From contig JAVLKG010000008.1 in the NCBI GenBank assembly GCA_032128875.1, positions 192,001 to 256,000 of the forward strand: a stretch of 64,000 nt of DNA, given 5' to 3'. Of this stretch, positions 19,244 through 29,766 are shown one piece after another. The notes under the pieces are model-generated. The model worked only from the letters and a program-made list of their open reading frames with translations. It did not search any database and was not told the origin of the DNA. Origin of the DNA: Candidatus Melainabacteria bacterium 17Bon1m. GTDB taxonomy: Bacteria > Cyanobacteriota > Vampirovibrionia > Obscuribacterales > Obscuribacteraceae. Each line of letters begins with the position of its first letter. The first letter of the stretch is position 1. The translations under genes were made by a program, and so were the position numbers.

Positions 19244-21874
19244 ATGACCAAGCGAAACGTCACGAAAGCGGAAGTTACCCCGCTTTACGCCGGTCTTCCT
19301 GAGAAGTATCGGCTGGCTCGTGAGAGATTTGGACGCCCGCTTACGCTGGCTGAGAAGATTCTCTCCGCTCACCTTGACCGCTGGAACGAGGGCGAACAGC
19401 ACCCGGTCCGCGGCAAATCGCAGGTTTTCCTACGTCCCGATCGAATCGCCTTGCAAGATGCAACAGCGCAAATGGCGCTCTTGCAGTTCATGCAGGCGGA
19501 CCTCGACAAGGTCTATGTGCCGACTACCGTGCACTGCGACCACCTCATCCAGGCTCGCGTTGGTGCCAAGCTCGACTTGCTCAATGCGCTGGATTCCAAC
19601 TCGGAAGTCTACGATTTCCTCAAGTCTGCCAGTACCAAATACGGTATCGGCTTCTGGAAGCCCGGCTCGGGTATCATCCACCAGGTGGTGCTGGAAAACT
19701 ACGCGCACCCGGGCTGTCTGATGATCGGCACCGACTCGCACACTCCCAATGCGGGCGGGCTCAACATGCTGGCTATCGGCGTTGGCGGTGCTGACGCGAC
19801 ATTCACGATGGCTGGCGAACCCTGGGGTTTGCGGTGGCCGAAACTGATCGGTGTGAAACTGACCGGCAAGTTGAACGGCTGGGCCGCGCCCAAGGACATC
19901 ATTCTCAAGCTCGCCGGCATCCTCACCGTCGACGGCGGCACCGGTGCCATCGTCGAATATTTCGGCTCAGGCTGCAGTTCTATCAGCGCCACGGGCAAAG
20001 CGACCATCACCAACATGGGCGCCGAGCTGGGTGCAACGACCTCCGTCTTCCCGCTCGACGACCACATCCTCGACTATCTGCGCCTGACCGGTCGTGGTGA
20101 AATCGCGGAGCTGGCTTCGCAGTCGAAGCAGTATTTGACTGCGGATGCTGAAGTCGAAGCGGAGCCGGAGAAGTACTTCGACCAGGTGATCGAGATCGAT
20201 CTCGACACTCTGGAACCGCACATTGTCGGTCCTCACACGCCCGACTTGGCGCGCCCGCTCTCGGCGTTCAAAGCCGAAGTCGCCGCCAAGGGTTACCCTG
20301 CCAATCTGCGCTACGCGCTCATCGGCAGCTGTACGAACTCAAGCTACGAGGACATGAGCCGCGCTGCATCCGTCGCACGACAGGCTGCGGAAAAGGGCTT
20401 GAAAGCGCCGGTCGGCTTCATGGTGACGCCGGGTTCGGAGCAGGTGCATCAGACCATCAATCGCGATGGACAGATGGCCGACCTCCAGTCCGTGGGCGCC
20501 AACGTGCTCGCGAATGCCTGCGGTCCGTGCATCGGACAGTGGCGTCGCGACGACATCAAGGAAGGCGAGCGCAACTCGATCATCACTTCCTTCAACCGCA
20601 ACTTCCCACGTCGCAATGACGGCAACGCGGAAACACTGGCTTTCATCGCCAGTCCGGAGATCGTCACGGCATTCGCGCTGGCCGGCACTCTCGACTTCAA
20701 CCCGCTTGAAGACGAGCTCACCGCCGCCGACGGCAGCAAATTCAAACTGGCACCGCCACCGCAAGCGGGGCTGCCGGTGAAGGGTTTCAGCCAGCTGAGC
20801 GACTCCGAGCTTGGTTACGTCGATGCTGCCGAAGGGCGCAAAGACGGAGCTGTTCCCACCATCGCCATCGGCGAGAAAAGTGAGCGGCTGCAGGTGCTGT
20901 CTCCCTTCCCGCGCTGGAATGGCGAAAATACTTTCGACGCACTGCCGGTTTTGCTGAAGGCAAACGGCAAATGCACCACGGACCACATCTCCCCGGCGGG
21001 ACCGTGGCTGAAGTACCGTGGTCACCTCGATCGTATCTCGGACAACATGTTCCTCGGCGCCAACAACGTGTTTACGGACAAACCAGGCACCGGCAAGGAC
21101 GTCAACACGGCAGCGATTGGGAAACTGTCGGACATCGCGCGCGAGTACAAGAAGCAGGGTCTGGGCTGGGTTGTGGTCGGCGACCAGAACTACGGCGAAG
21201 GTTCCAGCCGCGAACATGCCGCCATGTCGCCGCGCTTCCTCGGCTGCAAGGTCGTGATCGCTCGCAGTTTTGCGCGCATTCACGAAACCAACCTGAAGCA
21301 GCAGGGCATACTGCCACTCACCTTCTCCGACCCTGCGCATTACGACCTCATCCGCAGAGCGGATGACCGTATCTCTGTGCATGGGCTGAAGGACCTGGCA
21401 GTGGGCAAGCCCGTCAAGGTCTTCATCATTCACTCGGATGAAGTGACGGACGAAATCACCGCCAATCACACGCTCACCGAAGAGCAGATTGCCGTCTTCA
21501 AGGCGGGCTCGGCTCTCAATCACGTCGGCGATCGACGCAAGGCGGAAGCCGCGAAAGCCGACAAGCCTGCTGGCGCGGGCGCGAAACGCAACCCGAATTG
21601 CAAGTGCAAGCGTTGCGCTTGCGGCGACAAGAAAGGCAAGGCGGGCGAAACCGGCGCGAAGGGTGGCATGTGCGGCGACAAAACTCCGGCCGAGAAGCCG
21701 CGCGGCGATGCCAACGGTGACACCACAAATGGTGCTGTTCCTCCTGGAGGCAATGGCAACACTGGCATCACCAACAACGGCAAGTTCGGCAATCCGGACG
21801 CAAACCGTCCGGCGCCGGCTCGCGAGGAATCGCTACTGTCCCGCTTCTGGCGCTGGCTGACCAGCTGGTTCTAG
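19244..21874 (+). CDS. acnA: Aconitate hydratase (mitochondrial-type) with long C-terminal extension
   Basis: [64 protein letters not shown]. Confidence 0.95.
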   Translation: MTKRNVTKAEVTPLYAGLPEKYRLARERFGRPLTLAEKILSAHLDRWNEGEQHPVRGKSQVFLRPDRIALQDATAQMALLQFMQADLDKVYVPTTVHCDHLIQARVGAKLDLLNALDSNSEVYDFLKSASTKYGIGFWKPGSGIIHQVVLENYAHPGCLMIGTDSHTPNAGGLNMLAIGVGGADATFTMAGEPWGLRWPKLIGVKLTGKLNGWAAPKDIILKLAGILTVDGGTGAIVEYFGSGCSSISATGKATITNMGAELGATTSVFPLDDHILDYLRLTGRGEIAELASQSKQYLTADAEVEAEPEKYFDQVIEIDLDTLEPHIVGPHTPDLARPLSAFKAEVAAKGYPANLRYALIGSCTNSSYEDMSRAASVARQAAEKGLKAPVGFMVTPGSEQVHQTINRDGQMADLQSVGANVLANACGPCIGQWRRDDIKEGERNSIITSFNRNFPRRNDGNAETLAFIASPEIVTAFALAGTLDFNPLEDELTAADGSKFKLAPPPQAGLPVKGFSQLSDSELGYVDAAEGRKDGAVPTIAIGEKSERLQVLSPFPRWNGENTFDALPVLLKANGKCTTDHISPAGPWLKYRGHLDRISDNMFLGANNVFTDKPGTGKDVNTAAIGKLSDIAREYKKQGLGWVVVGDQNYGEGSSREHAAMSPRFLGCKVVIARSFARIHETNLKQQGILPLTFSDPAHYDLIRRADDRISVHGLKDLAVGKPVKVFIIHSDEVTDEITANHTLTEEQIAVFKAGSALNHVGDRRKAEAAKADKPAGAGAKRNPNCKCKRCACGDKKGKAGETGAKGGMCGDKTPAEKPRGDANGDTTNGAVPPGGNGNTGITNNGKFGNPDANRPAPAREESLLSRFWRWLTSWF

Positions 21875-21883
21875 CCATCATTT

Positions 21884-21937
21884 GTAGGGGAGCCGCATGC
21901 GGCTCCCTGTTCAGGGCTGCGCATGCGCAGCCCCTAC
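21884..21937 (+). repeat. GTAG-type REP doublet (intergenic, acnA-mdh)
   Basis: GTAGGGGAGCCGCATGCGGCTCCC-tgttc-AGGGCTGCGCATGCGCAGCCCCTAC: two palindromes, GTAG/CTAC ends. Confidence 0.85.
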
Positions 21938-22098
21938 GCCGTGATGGGCAAATTTCTTGCAGGATTTTCTTCCGAAACGGGCGATGCATCGCGTCGTCCA
22001 AGGCTTTCCGAACGGAGCGGCAAAAGTGTCGTTCCACTAGTTCGACTTTGAACAGGGTGATGCACCGCATTGCACTTTCAAAGCAACGGAGAAATCCC

Positions 22099-23160
22099 AT
22101 GACTAAAGTTTCAATTATCGGTGGCGCCGGTAACGTTGGTGCCACTGTCGCTCAGTATCTGGCGACAAAGAATCTCTGCGACGTCGTGATGCTGGACATC
22201 AACGAAGGCGCAGCCAAAGGCAAAGCTCTCGACCTGACGCAGGCAGTCGCTCTCACGGGCGGCAGCGCCAAGATCAAGGGCACGTCCGACTACAAGGACA
22301 CTGCCAATTCGCAGGTGATCGTCATCACCGCCGGCAGCCCGCGCAAGCCCGGCATGTCGCGCGACGACCTGCTCAAGATCAACGCGAGCATCGTCGCCAA
22401 CGCCGCGCGCGAATCGCACCGCTACTCTCCTAACGCCATCTTCGTCGTCGTGTCCAATCCTCTGGACGTGATGACTTATCTGGTCTGGAAGGAGACCGGC
22501 GTCTCGACGAGCCGCGTCATCGGCATGGCCGGCGTTCTGGACAGCGCACGTTTCCAGTCGTTCATCGCCGACGAGCTGAAGGTTTCCCCCGAAGACGTTC
22601 GCGCGATGGTTCTGGGCGGGCACGGCGACCTCATGGTTCCGCTGCCTCGTTTCAGCACTGTCAACGGCGTTCCCGTCACTGAGCTCATCAGTGCCAAGCG
22701 TCTCGAAGCGATGAGCAAGCGCACCGCCAACGGTGGCGCCGAAATCGTCGAGCTGCTCAAGACAGGCAGCGCCTGGTACGCACCCGGCGCCGCAACCGCG
22801 CAGATGGTCGAAGCGATCATCACCGGCGGACGCAAGCTGTACCCTTGCTCGGTGCATACCGGCGAGAAGTATGGTTTGCCGGCAATCTTCACGGGTCTGC
22901 CCGTGATTCTCGGCAAGCGCGGCGTCGAGCGCGTGGTCAAGCTCAAGCTCAACAAGGCTGAGGTTGACGCGCTCAAGGCTTCGGCTGCTTCCATCGAGGC
23001 CAACGTGAAGCGGCTCAACGAGCTGCAGGCCGAGGCGGCGAAAGCTGCTGCGCCTGCTGCCGTTTCCCCCTCTGCCGCTACGCCCGTTACTGCCACCACT
23101 TCCGAGGCGCCCGCCCCGGAGGTTTCCACGAAAGCCGCGGACACAACGGCAAAGTCCTAA
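22099..23160 (+). CDS. mdh: Malate dehydrogenase (LDH-like MDH)
   Basis: IGGAGNVG, ITAGSPRKPGMSRDDLL, NPLD, GVLDSAR, GGHGD, GGAEIV. Confidence 0.95.
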   Translation: MTKVSIIGGAGNVGATVAQYLATKNLCDVVMLDINEGAAKGKALDLTQAVALTGGSAKIKGTSDYKDTANSQVIVITAGSPRKPGMSRDDLLKINASIVANAARESHRYSPNAIFVVVSNPLDVMTYLVWKETGVSTSRVIGMAGVLDSARFQSFIADELKVSPEDVRAMVLGGHGDLMVPLPRFSTVNGVPVTELISAKRLEAMSKRTANGGAEIVELLKTGSAWYAPGAATAQMVEAIITGGRKLYPCSVHTGEKYGLPAIFTGLPVILGKRGVERVVKLKLNKAEVDALKASAASIEANVKRLNELQAEAAKAAAPAAVSPSAATPVTATTSEAPAPEVSTKAADTTAKS

Positions 23161-23238
23161 CGGCTTCAGATGCGAACGCTTGCAGGGAGCGCAATTCCGC
23201 TTCCTGCAGGCGCGCACTGCGACGCAGGAGAAAATGAT

Positions 23239-25041
23239 ATGGAGCGACTAAAACTGATCATTCGGACGGGATGGCGATTTGCCGGTGGTTACCGCCTCGC
23301 CATACTGGGCTACACCGTCCTCTTCATGATCGCTCAAGCGACAGCCCTTGCAGAGCCCTATCTTCTCGGGCTCATGCTCAACGCCGTGCAAAACGACCTC
23401 ACCCAGGGTGCGGCCGGCAACCAACAGTTGCTGCACGATGTCATCTATTACACGAGTTTGTTCGTCGGACTGAAAGTGATCTTCTGGTCCATTCACGGTC
23501 CAACACGACTGCTCGAGCGTTATGTGGCGTTTCGAATTACGTACGCCTACAAAGCGCATATGTTCCAAACAGTCACCAACCTGCCCTTGAAGTGGCAGCG
23601 CGAGCACCACTCGGGCGAAAGCATCGACAAGATCAACAGAGCCTACAACGCTCTGTCAGACTTCTTCCAGGGCACCTTCGATATCACCTACATGGTGTGT
23701 CGTCTGGTCGGCACGCTGGTCATTCTGTATTACTTCATGCCGATGGCGATGTTGACAGTTGCCATCACTTCGGTTGCCGCGATGTACATCATTGTTCGCT
23801 TCGATCGAACGCTCTCGAAGCAGTATGACGAGCTGAACAAGAAGCAAAACTACATCGCAGAAGCCATTCACGATTACGTGACGAATATCGTCACGGTGAT
23901 CACGCTTCGCCTCGAGAAGAAAACTCTCGAGGAAGTGAAGCGCCGCATGCTCATTCCGCTGCCGCTCTACAAATACAACAACGCTCTCAACGAGTGGAAG
24001 TGGGGTGTCACGGCGGTGATGATCGCAGTCATGACTGGCGCGGTGCTCAGCTACTACACGTACAGCACCATCGCTGTCGGTGGCGCTATCATGGCGGGCA
24101 CGCTGTTCACGCTGTTCGACTACCTGAGGCGAATTGGCGATTCGTTCTACAACTTCGCCTCGCAGTACGGTCGCATCGTGCGCATTGCAGCTGACGTTCA
24201 CGCGGCGGATCTCATCCTCACCGACATGGACAACACGCCCAAGCCGCCTGCTGATGCGAAACTGCCCGAAGCCTGGAGGCAAGTTTCGGTGCAGAATCTC
24301 AGCTTCTCCTACCAGGACAAAACCGACCGCCGAGTCAATCTCAACAACGTCGGAATCGAACTGGTGAAGGGCAAGGCAATTGCCATCGTCGGACAGTCGG
24401 GCAGCGGCAAGAGCACTCTATTGCGCTTGTTGCGCGGACTGGACAATTCCGATCAGGTGCGCGTCCTGGCTGATGGCGTTGTGCAGAAGCATCGCCTGCA
24501 TCATCTCTCCGAGTGCACCACGCTGATGCCGCAAGATCCGGAAATCTTTGCCGATACAATCCGATTCAACATCGGCTTCGGCATGGAGAAGTCGGACGAC
24601 GAGATCATGGAAGCTGTTCGCAATGCTCGCTTCGAATCGGTGTTGGCGCGACTCCCCAAGGGTCTCGACACCAACATCGCAGAGAAGGGCATTAATCTGA
24701 GCGGCGGCGAAAAGCAGCGGCTCGCCCTTGCGCGCGGCTTCTTCTTCGCGCGAGGCAGCGACATTCTCTTGCTCGACGAGCCGACCAGCAGCGTGGACAC
24801 CGCCAACGAGCGCGTGATCTACAACAACCTGCTCGGCAATTTCCGCAAGGATCGCTGCGTGGTCTCGACCATCCACAAGCTACACTTGCTTGAGATGTTC
24901 GACGTCGTCTACGTTCTGGACAACGGCAATCTCGTGGAGATGGGCTCGTTTACCGACCTCATCGCTGCGGACGGCAAGCTCGCAGAGCTCTGGAGAAACT
25001 ATCAAGCAGCCTCGGCTTCGAGCGGAGAGATTCCGTCATAA
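23239..25041 (+). CDS. ABC exporter, fused permease/ATP-binding protein
   Basis: TM domain, GQSGSGKST, LSGGEKQR, LLLDEPTS. Confidence 0.92.
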   Translation: MERLKLIIRTGWRFAGGYRLAILGYTVLFMIAQATALAEPYLLGLMLNAVQNDLTQGAAGNQQLLHDVIYYTSLFVGLKVIFWSIHGPTRLLERYVAFRITYAYKAHMFQTVTNLPLKWQREHHSGESIDKINRAYNALSDFFQGTFDITYMVCRLVGTLVILYYFMPMAMLTVAITSVAAMYIIVRFDRTLSKQYDELNKKQNYIAEAIHDYVTNIVTVITLRLEKKTLEEVKRRMLIPLPLYKYNNALNEWKWGVTAVMIAVMTGAVLSYYTYSTIAVGGAIMAGTLFTLFDYLRRIGDSFYNFASQYGRIVRIAADVHAADLILTDMDNTPKPPADAKLPEAWRQVSVQNLSFSYQDKTDRRVNLNNVGIELVKGKAIAIVGQSGSGKSTLLRLLRGLDNSDQVRVLADGVVQKHRLHHLSECTTLMPQDPEIFADTIRFNIGFGMEKSDDEIMEAVRNARFESVLARLPKGLDTNIAEKGINLSGGEKQRLALARGFFFARGSDILLLDEPTSSVDTANERVIYNNLLGNFRKDRCVVSTIHKLHLLEMFDVVYVLDNGNLVEMGSFTDLIAADGKLAELWRNYQAASASSGEIPS

Positions 25042-25105
25042 CGAGACGGTTCAAGACTCTCGAGAAGTCTCAAGAAGGGCTTCTGATTGAGTTCTGAAAC
25101 TTCAT

Positions 25106-25157
25106 GGCGGGCGTCCCGATTCAAGGTTTTCCTTGGTCGGGGTGCCCGTCTTTTTTT
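25106..25157 (+). terminator. Intrinsic terminator
   Basis: GGCGGGCGTCCCGATTCAAGG/CCTTGGTCGGGGTGCCCGTC stem followed by T7. Confidence 0.75.
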
Positions 25158-25610
25158 GAGCCAGATGTTACTAGGCGTTATCGTACCTCCGAGAACCCCA
25201 AAAGCTCGCCCCACGTTAACACTCGCTAAGCTCGCGCAAATGCCACAGGTTCTACTTTTCAAGCTCACCGGCAACATTAGAGGGTATGAAACCCGCGCAC
25301 AAGGTTAAGCAACTTTCATATCCGCGCGAATGGTTTATTGCCGATCCGCGTGGGAGATCCCCCCTCATGATCGGTGTTTCTATTTACTTTTCGCTCGAAT
25401 TTCATGACTCCCTATACCTAAGCTGAACGTACATGTTCTCTTGAATTTCAATTCTTCCAAAACCAACCACAGTCCATCATTCCTCCTTCAATCTGTGCTC
25501 ACATCTGGGACGTAAAGTCTTGGGTTCGCGCACTCTTTGGTGGATGAGCGATTCTGTAGCGGTTGTTGGAGAGAGAGCGTGCTGTTTCCAATCAACTGTG
25601 GAGAGATGCA

Positions 25611-27425
25611 ATGGAAAAGATTTCGATCAATCTCGTGGGTGGCGTTGCCGGCGATGCGGACTACGGTCTGCGTCTCTACAACGTCGGCAACGGCTTCGTC
25701 GGTTTCACCGGCAAGGTCGTCAGCCGCACTCACGATTCGATGTATCTCGGCTTCAGCTCGGAGCGCGCGTATACGGTCGCCGTCGAAGGTGACCTCGTCC
25801 TGTCGACCGAGACCAACGATTCCTTCGTCGACAAGACGGATGGCGTCTATGGTTTCGACATCGACTGGAGCGATGCGGCGAAGAACTTCGGCAACGGCAC
25901 CGGCAAGATCATCGTGACCAACCCCGACTCCCCGAGCGACGTTTCGGTCGTCGAGGTATTCATGGGTGACACGCCGTCGGCTGTCGTCGAGTTCAAGCCG
26001 AACACGGGCAACAACGGCACGGTCGTCATCCGCGAGGAGCTGGACGTCTCGGCCGTCGATCCCGTGATGAAGAAACTGCTCAAGGCGACCGACTTCAGCG
26101 ACCCGTACGGACTCGGCATCGAGTGCGTCGCGGCGCTGCTGCCGGTGCTCGAGTTCGACTATGGGCGTCTCTTCGACGTCACCATCAACCGGACGGAGAA
26201 ATCCATGACCAATCCCAAGGACAACGAAGGTGAAGGCATCATCGACGTTCTCATCGTCGACGGACCGACCATGCCCCTGGAGACGCTGAAGACCTTGCTC
26301 GACAGCGGCGTGCAGGTCTTCGTCGTCGGCGACAGCAACATGCCCGCCGGCGATGCGACGCGCATTGCGGATGAAAACGCCTTCTTCGCTGGCGTCGGCT
26401 TGGGTGAACGGATCGACCATCCGTTCTGGGGACGTGACGGCATCGCGCCGGTGCTCGTCTCCGGGCTGTCGGACCTCGACGTGCTCGCACACGAAGTCCA
26501 CCGCCCCTCGGATGTCCTGGGCTTCGAGCGCATCGAGCACGCCGTTCTGCCCATCGGACCGATGGCTCACGACTTCGACCTCCCCTTCGGAGGTCACGCC
26601 GGAGCTGTTCGTGAGCCGTTCATGGACATCATCAGCATGCTGCCGGCACGCGCCTTCTGCGCACACAACCACGCGGGTGACTGCGCGCTCGTGGATGCGA
26701 TGCTCGAAGGATTCGGCGTCAAGCTGGGTCTGGAAGAGCTGCCGGAAGGTCTCGAGCGCGCCACGCTCAAAGACCTGATGGACAGCTACGGTGACGACGG
26801 TGTCAAGGTCGGTGGCGACAAGCGCGACTTCGGTCAGCTCGCTGGCACCCGGCAGAACGACATCAACAGCATCGCGCGGGCGGTCGCTGCGGCGGACGCT
26901 CTCGGCATCGACACGAGCGACATCGCGTCCAAGCGCGACGAGCTTCTGGCGAAGCTGGCTGTGTTTTCCGATCGCTTCGAGGTCGGCGGCACGCACGAGG
27001 TGACGACGGACGAAGCCGCCGTCATCAACACGGTGTTCGGCGAACTGTTCGGCATCCATCAGGAGCTGGACTCGTGCGTCTCGCACTGGCACCACTACAA
27101 GCAGCAGATCGAAGAGTCGCACAATCGCTGGTCGGCGGGTCTTGCCTCGCGCAAGCGCTCGTATCGCCTGGCGGACGACGCGCAGGACAACCGCATCGCG
27201 ACGAGCTACGTCGACTATGCGGCCGCGCCGGAGGAAACCCTGGAGGCGAGCAAGACCGCGATGGTCGAGCTCTTTCAGGCGATCCAGCGGCGCGACCTGC
27301 GTGAGGCGAGCTTTACGGCCACCAAGGCGCGGCAGTTCAGCACGCGCGAGCACATGCTCGCCTCGCTGATTCGCCGCAACGTGCTGGTGCCCGTCGAGGA
27401 ATCAGGGGTCTCCGCGGCTGCCTGA
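25611..27425 (+). CDS. Hypothetical acidic multidomain protein; N-terminal domain shared with the next gene
   Basis: GGAG RBS, strong C/G third-position bias, clear paralogy with 27573-28220. Confidence 0.8.
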   Translation: MEKISINLVGGVAGDADYGLRLYNVGNGFVGFTGKVVSRTHDSMYLGFSSERAYTVAVEGDLVLSTETNDSFVDKTDGVYGFDIDWSDAAKNFGNGTGKIIVTNPDSPSDVSVVEVFMGDTPSAVVEFKPNTGNNGTVVIREELDVSAVDPVMKKLLKATDFSDPYGLGIECVAALLPVLEFDYGRLFDVTINRTEKSMTNPKDNEGEGIIDVLIVDGPTMPLETLKTLLDSGVQVFVVGDSNMPAGDATRIADENAFFAGVGLGERIDHPFWGRDGIAPVLVSGLSDLDVLAHEVHRPSDVLGFERIEHAVLPIGPMAHDFDLPFGGHAGAVREPFMDIISMLPARAFCAHNHAGDCALVDAMLEGFGVKLGLEELPEGLERATLKDLMDSYGDDGVKVGGDKRDFGQLAGTRQNDINSIARAVAAADALGIDTSDIASKRDELLAKLAVFSDRFEVGGTHEVTTDEAAVINTVFGELFGIHQELDSCVSHWHHYKQQIEESHNRWSAGLASRKRSYRLADDAQDNRIATSYVDYAAAPEETLEASKTAMVELFQAIQRRDLREASFTATKARQFSTREHMLASLIRRNVLVPVEESGVSAAA

Positions 27426-27572
27426 CGGCGAGCAGGACATTCGTGCCCTGTTCGAAAAGGAGGTGACTGTGGTTTTGGCCACCGTCACCTCCTTCTAAAC
27501 GCAAAGCTCCGCTTTGCGCAGCGGTGTGGAAATCCTTCTGCACTGCAACTTCTGATGATATGGAGAGGAACT

Positions 27573-28220
27573 ATGATCGACAAACTCGGAATCAATCTCG
27601 TCGGCGACATCGAGCACTCGACCCGCCTGTACAACCGCGGTGAAGGCTTCCGCGCCATGACCGGCAGCATCGCCTGCACGCCCGGCGACTGCATGTACCT
27701 CGGCTTCATCGCCGATCGCGCCTACACCGTCGCGGTGGAAGGCGACCTCGTTCTCTCGACCGAAACGGCCGATTCGCGTCCCGACCAGATGGCGGGCGTG
27801 TACGGCTTCGACGTCGACTGGAGCGAAAACGCGAAGCAGCGCGGCTGCGGCGCCGGCAAGATCACCATCACCAATCCGAACGCGCCGGGCGAAGTCTCGG
27901 TGTTCACGGTGCGGATGGCGGCGACGCAGTCGGTGGTCGTGAAGTTCGCCAAGGACACGGGCACCAACGTGCGCGTTGTTCTGGGCGCCGACTCCGACCT
28001 CAGCAAGGTGGAGCGCGAGATCGGGCTGCTGCTGCGCGGTCCCGACGTTCAGCCCGGCGAAGTGCGCGTCAACGCCACGGCCGAGCCGATGGACCGCACA
28101 TCCGTGCGGCGTGCGATGGAGCGCGGTTCGTCGCGTCCCTCGGGCTTCATCCCGCAGGACGTGAGCGACCACTGGAGCGGTGCCGACGTCAGCCAGCTGC
28201 GCCGGAACATCCTCTCCTGA
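27573..28220 (+). CDS. Hypothetical protein, paralogue of the N-terminal domain of 25611-27425
   Basis: Shared MYLGF...RAYTVAVEGDLVLSTET and GVYGFDxDWS. Confidence 0.8.
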   Translation: MIDKLGINLVGDIEHSTRLYNRGEGFRAMTGSIACTPGDCMYLGFIADRAYTVAVEGDLVLSTETADSRPDQMAGVYGFDVDWSENAKQRGCGAGKITITNPNAPGEVSVFTVRMAATQSVVVKFAKDTGTNVRVVLGADSDLSKVEREIGLLLRGPDVQPGEVRVNATAEPMDRTSVRRAMERGSSRPSGFIPQDVSDHWSGADVSQLRRNILS

Positions 28221-28381
28221 GGAGCCTGCAGACGCGGATGAGCATGTTGATTTGAACAATCGACATCCGCATGGGAGGCGGCAGAAGCTTCGGCGCTGCC
28301 GTCTCCCACCAGTGCGTCGGAAGGAGCTCACCTTCTGACTGAGTGCATAGATATCTGCAACACAAACCGAAGAGGCTAGAA

Positions 28382-28828
28382 ATGCACAAGACCCTGAAAG
28401 ACTTCCTCGCCGCCGTCCTCGTCGACGAGACGGACAAGCTCGCCCAGCGCGCGCTGAAAATCCACTTCGCCTGCATCGGCGCCAGCGGTCTCATCGCCAA
28501 CGCGCACGAGCGCGGCGACGGCGAGGCCTACACGGAAGTCTGCAAGGCGCACTACGAAGCGTCGCTCGCCTTCCTCGCCGTCAACACGGCGAAGGACTAC
28601 GACTTCGCCGCCGAGGTCGTCGAGCAGTTCGCCGTCGACGCGGTCGAAACCGACCAGCCGGCCGCGGTCGCTGCGTTCTTCGTCGGCAAGGCGGAGAACA
28701 CCATCGACACCTACGCCAAGCGCTGCGCGCCGGTCGCCCGCATCCGCGGCTGCAACAGCGTTCGCATCCTCCGCGGCGAGCACGCTCGCCACGCGATGCG
28801 CGGTGTGGTCGTCGCCAACGCGGCCTAA
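28382..28828 (+). CDS. Hypothetical helical protein
   Basis: GAGG RBS, strong codon bias. Confidence 0.65.
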   Translation: MHKTLKDFLAAVLVDETDKLAQRALKIHFACIGASGLIANAHERGDGEAYTEVCKAHYEASLAFLAVNTAKDYDFAAEVVEQFAVDAVETDQPAAVAAFFVGKAENTIDTYAKRCAPVARIRGCNSVRILRGEHARHAMRGVVVANAA

Positions 28829-29146
28829 GCAGTGAGCAACGGCGGCAGCGAAGCGGTCACCAAATACGGTGCCCTCCAGCTGTCGCCGCAGCTTGTCTCC
28901 GAGTTGCATGCACGAAGGACTCCACCGTTCTAGTCGAGGCACGCTCTCGGGCGCGCTTTCGCTGGTGCGGTGTCGAACGAGATGCAATGCCAATACTTGC
29001 CTAGGCAACGCAGCTTGCTCTTCACGCACTCTGAGCAGGTTCCACTCTGCTCAAGAACCGGCATCACTAGTCCGGATGCCAAAATGCAACATGCGGCCGC
29101 TGAATCTCCCGTGCGGAGTTCATGCTGCATAACATCGGAGCATTCG

Positions 29147-29599
29147 ATGACCTCATCGAATCACGCATTTACTCTCGACCGCGCCGTCATCGCCCAAGCC
29201 ATCCTGGCCGGCGAAGATAAGCGCAAAGACCGCATCGAGCAAGAAGCTCACGATCGCGAAATGGAGCTTCGGCGCCAGATTGCGGAAGCGCCTCGCCGCG
29301 CTGCCGAAATCTTGAGCGGGCTGCCCGACGCGATTGCGCATGTGGTCGGCGTCGCTGACGAAACTCCGCAGTCGTTCGTGGTCATGTGGGTCCAACCGCA
29401 TGAATACGAAGGCAACGTGGAGCGCGACTTGGGTTTGGGCTTCCGCGGTCCCCACCAGGGTCTGCCGGAATCACTGAAGTTGGCAGCGCGTCAGGTCTAT
29501 GACGCTCTGGACAATTTGCAGCCCGAACTCATCTACAAGTCGAAGGGCGAACCGCTGTCCGGCAAGGGTCAGCTGGCCATCGTCATTCGACTCAGCTAA
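29147..29599 (+). CDS. Hypothetical protein
   Basis: GGAG RBS before ATG 29147, N-terminal charged helix. Confidence 0.65.
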   Translation: MTSSNHAFTLDRAVIAQAILAGEDKRKDRIEQEAHDREMELRRQIAEAPRRAAEILSGLPDAIAHVVGVADETPQSFVVMWVQPHEYEGNVERDLGLGFRGPHQGLPESLKLAARQVYDALDNLQPELIYKSKGEPLSGKGQLAIVIRLS

Positions 29600-29766
29600 G
29601 CATTACTCAGAATCTGAGTTAACCGCTTAGTCGACAGTCGAGGAACTCTCGACGTGTTAAGGAATCGCGCGCTCAGCTCCTTGGAGTGCGCGATTCCAGC
29701 AAAGGCTGTATCTGTACAACTGAGTTGTTACAGAACAGGGCAATTCAAACATGACAAGGTGCCTCC

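Noticed and set aside
20339-23217. 394-aa and 368-aa minus-strand ORFs
   Set aside because: Shadows of acnA and mdh.
25488-27353. 621-aa minus-strand ORF
   Set aside because: Antisense shadow of the codon-biased gene 25611-27425; the + gene has an RBS and a paralogue.
27550-27590. CTGATGA hammerhead-like core
   Set aside because: No stem II followed by GAAA.
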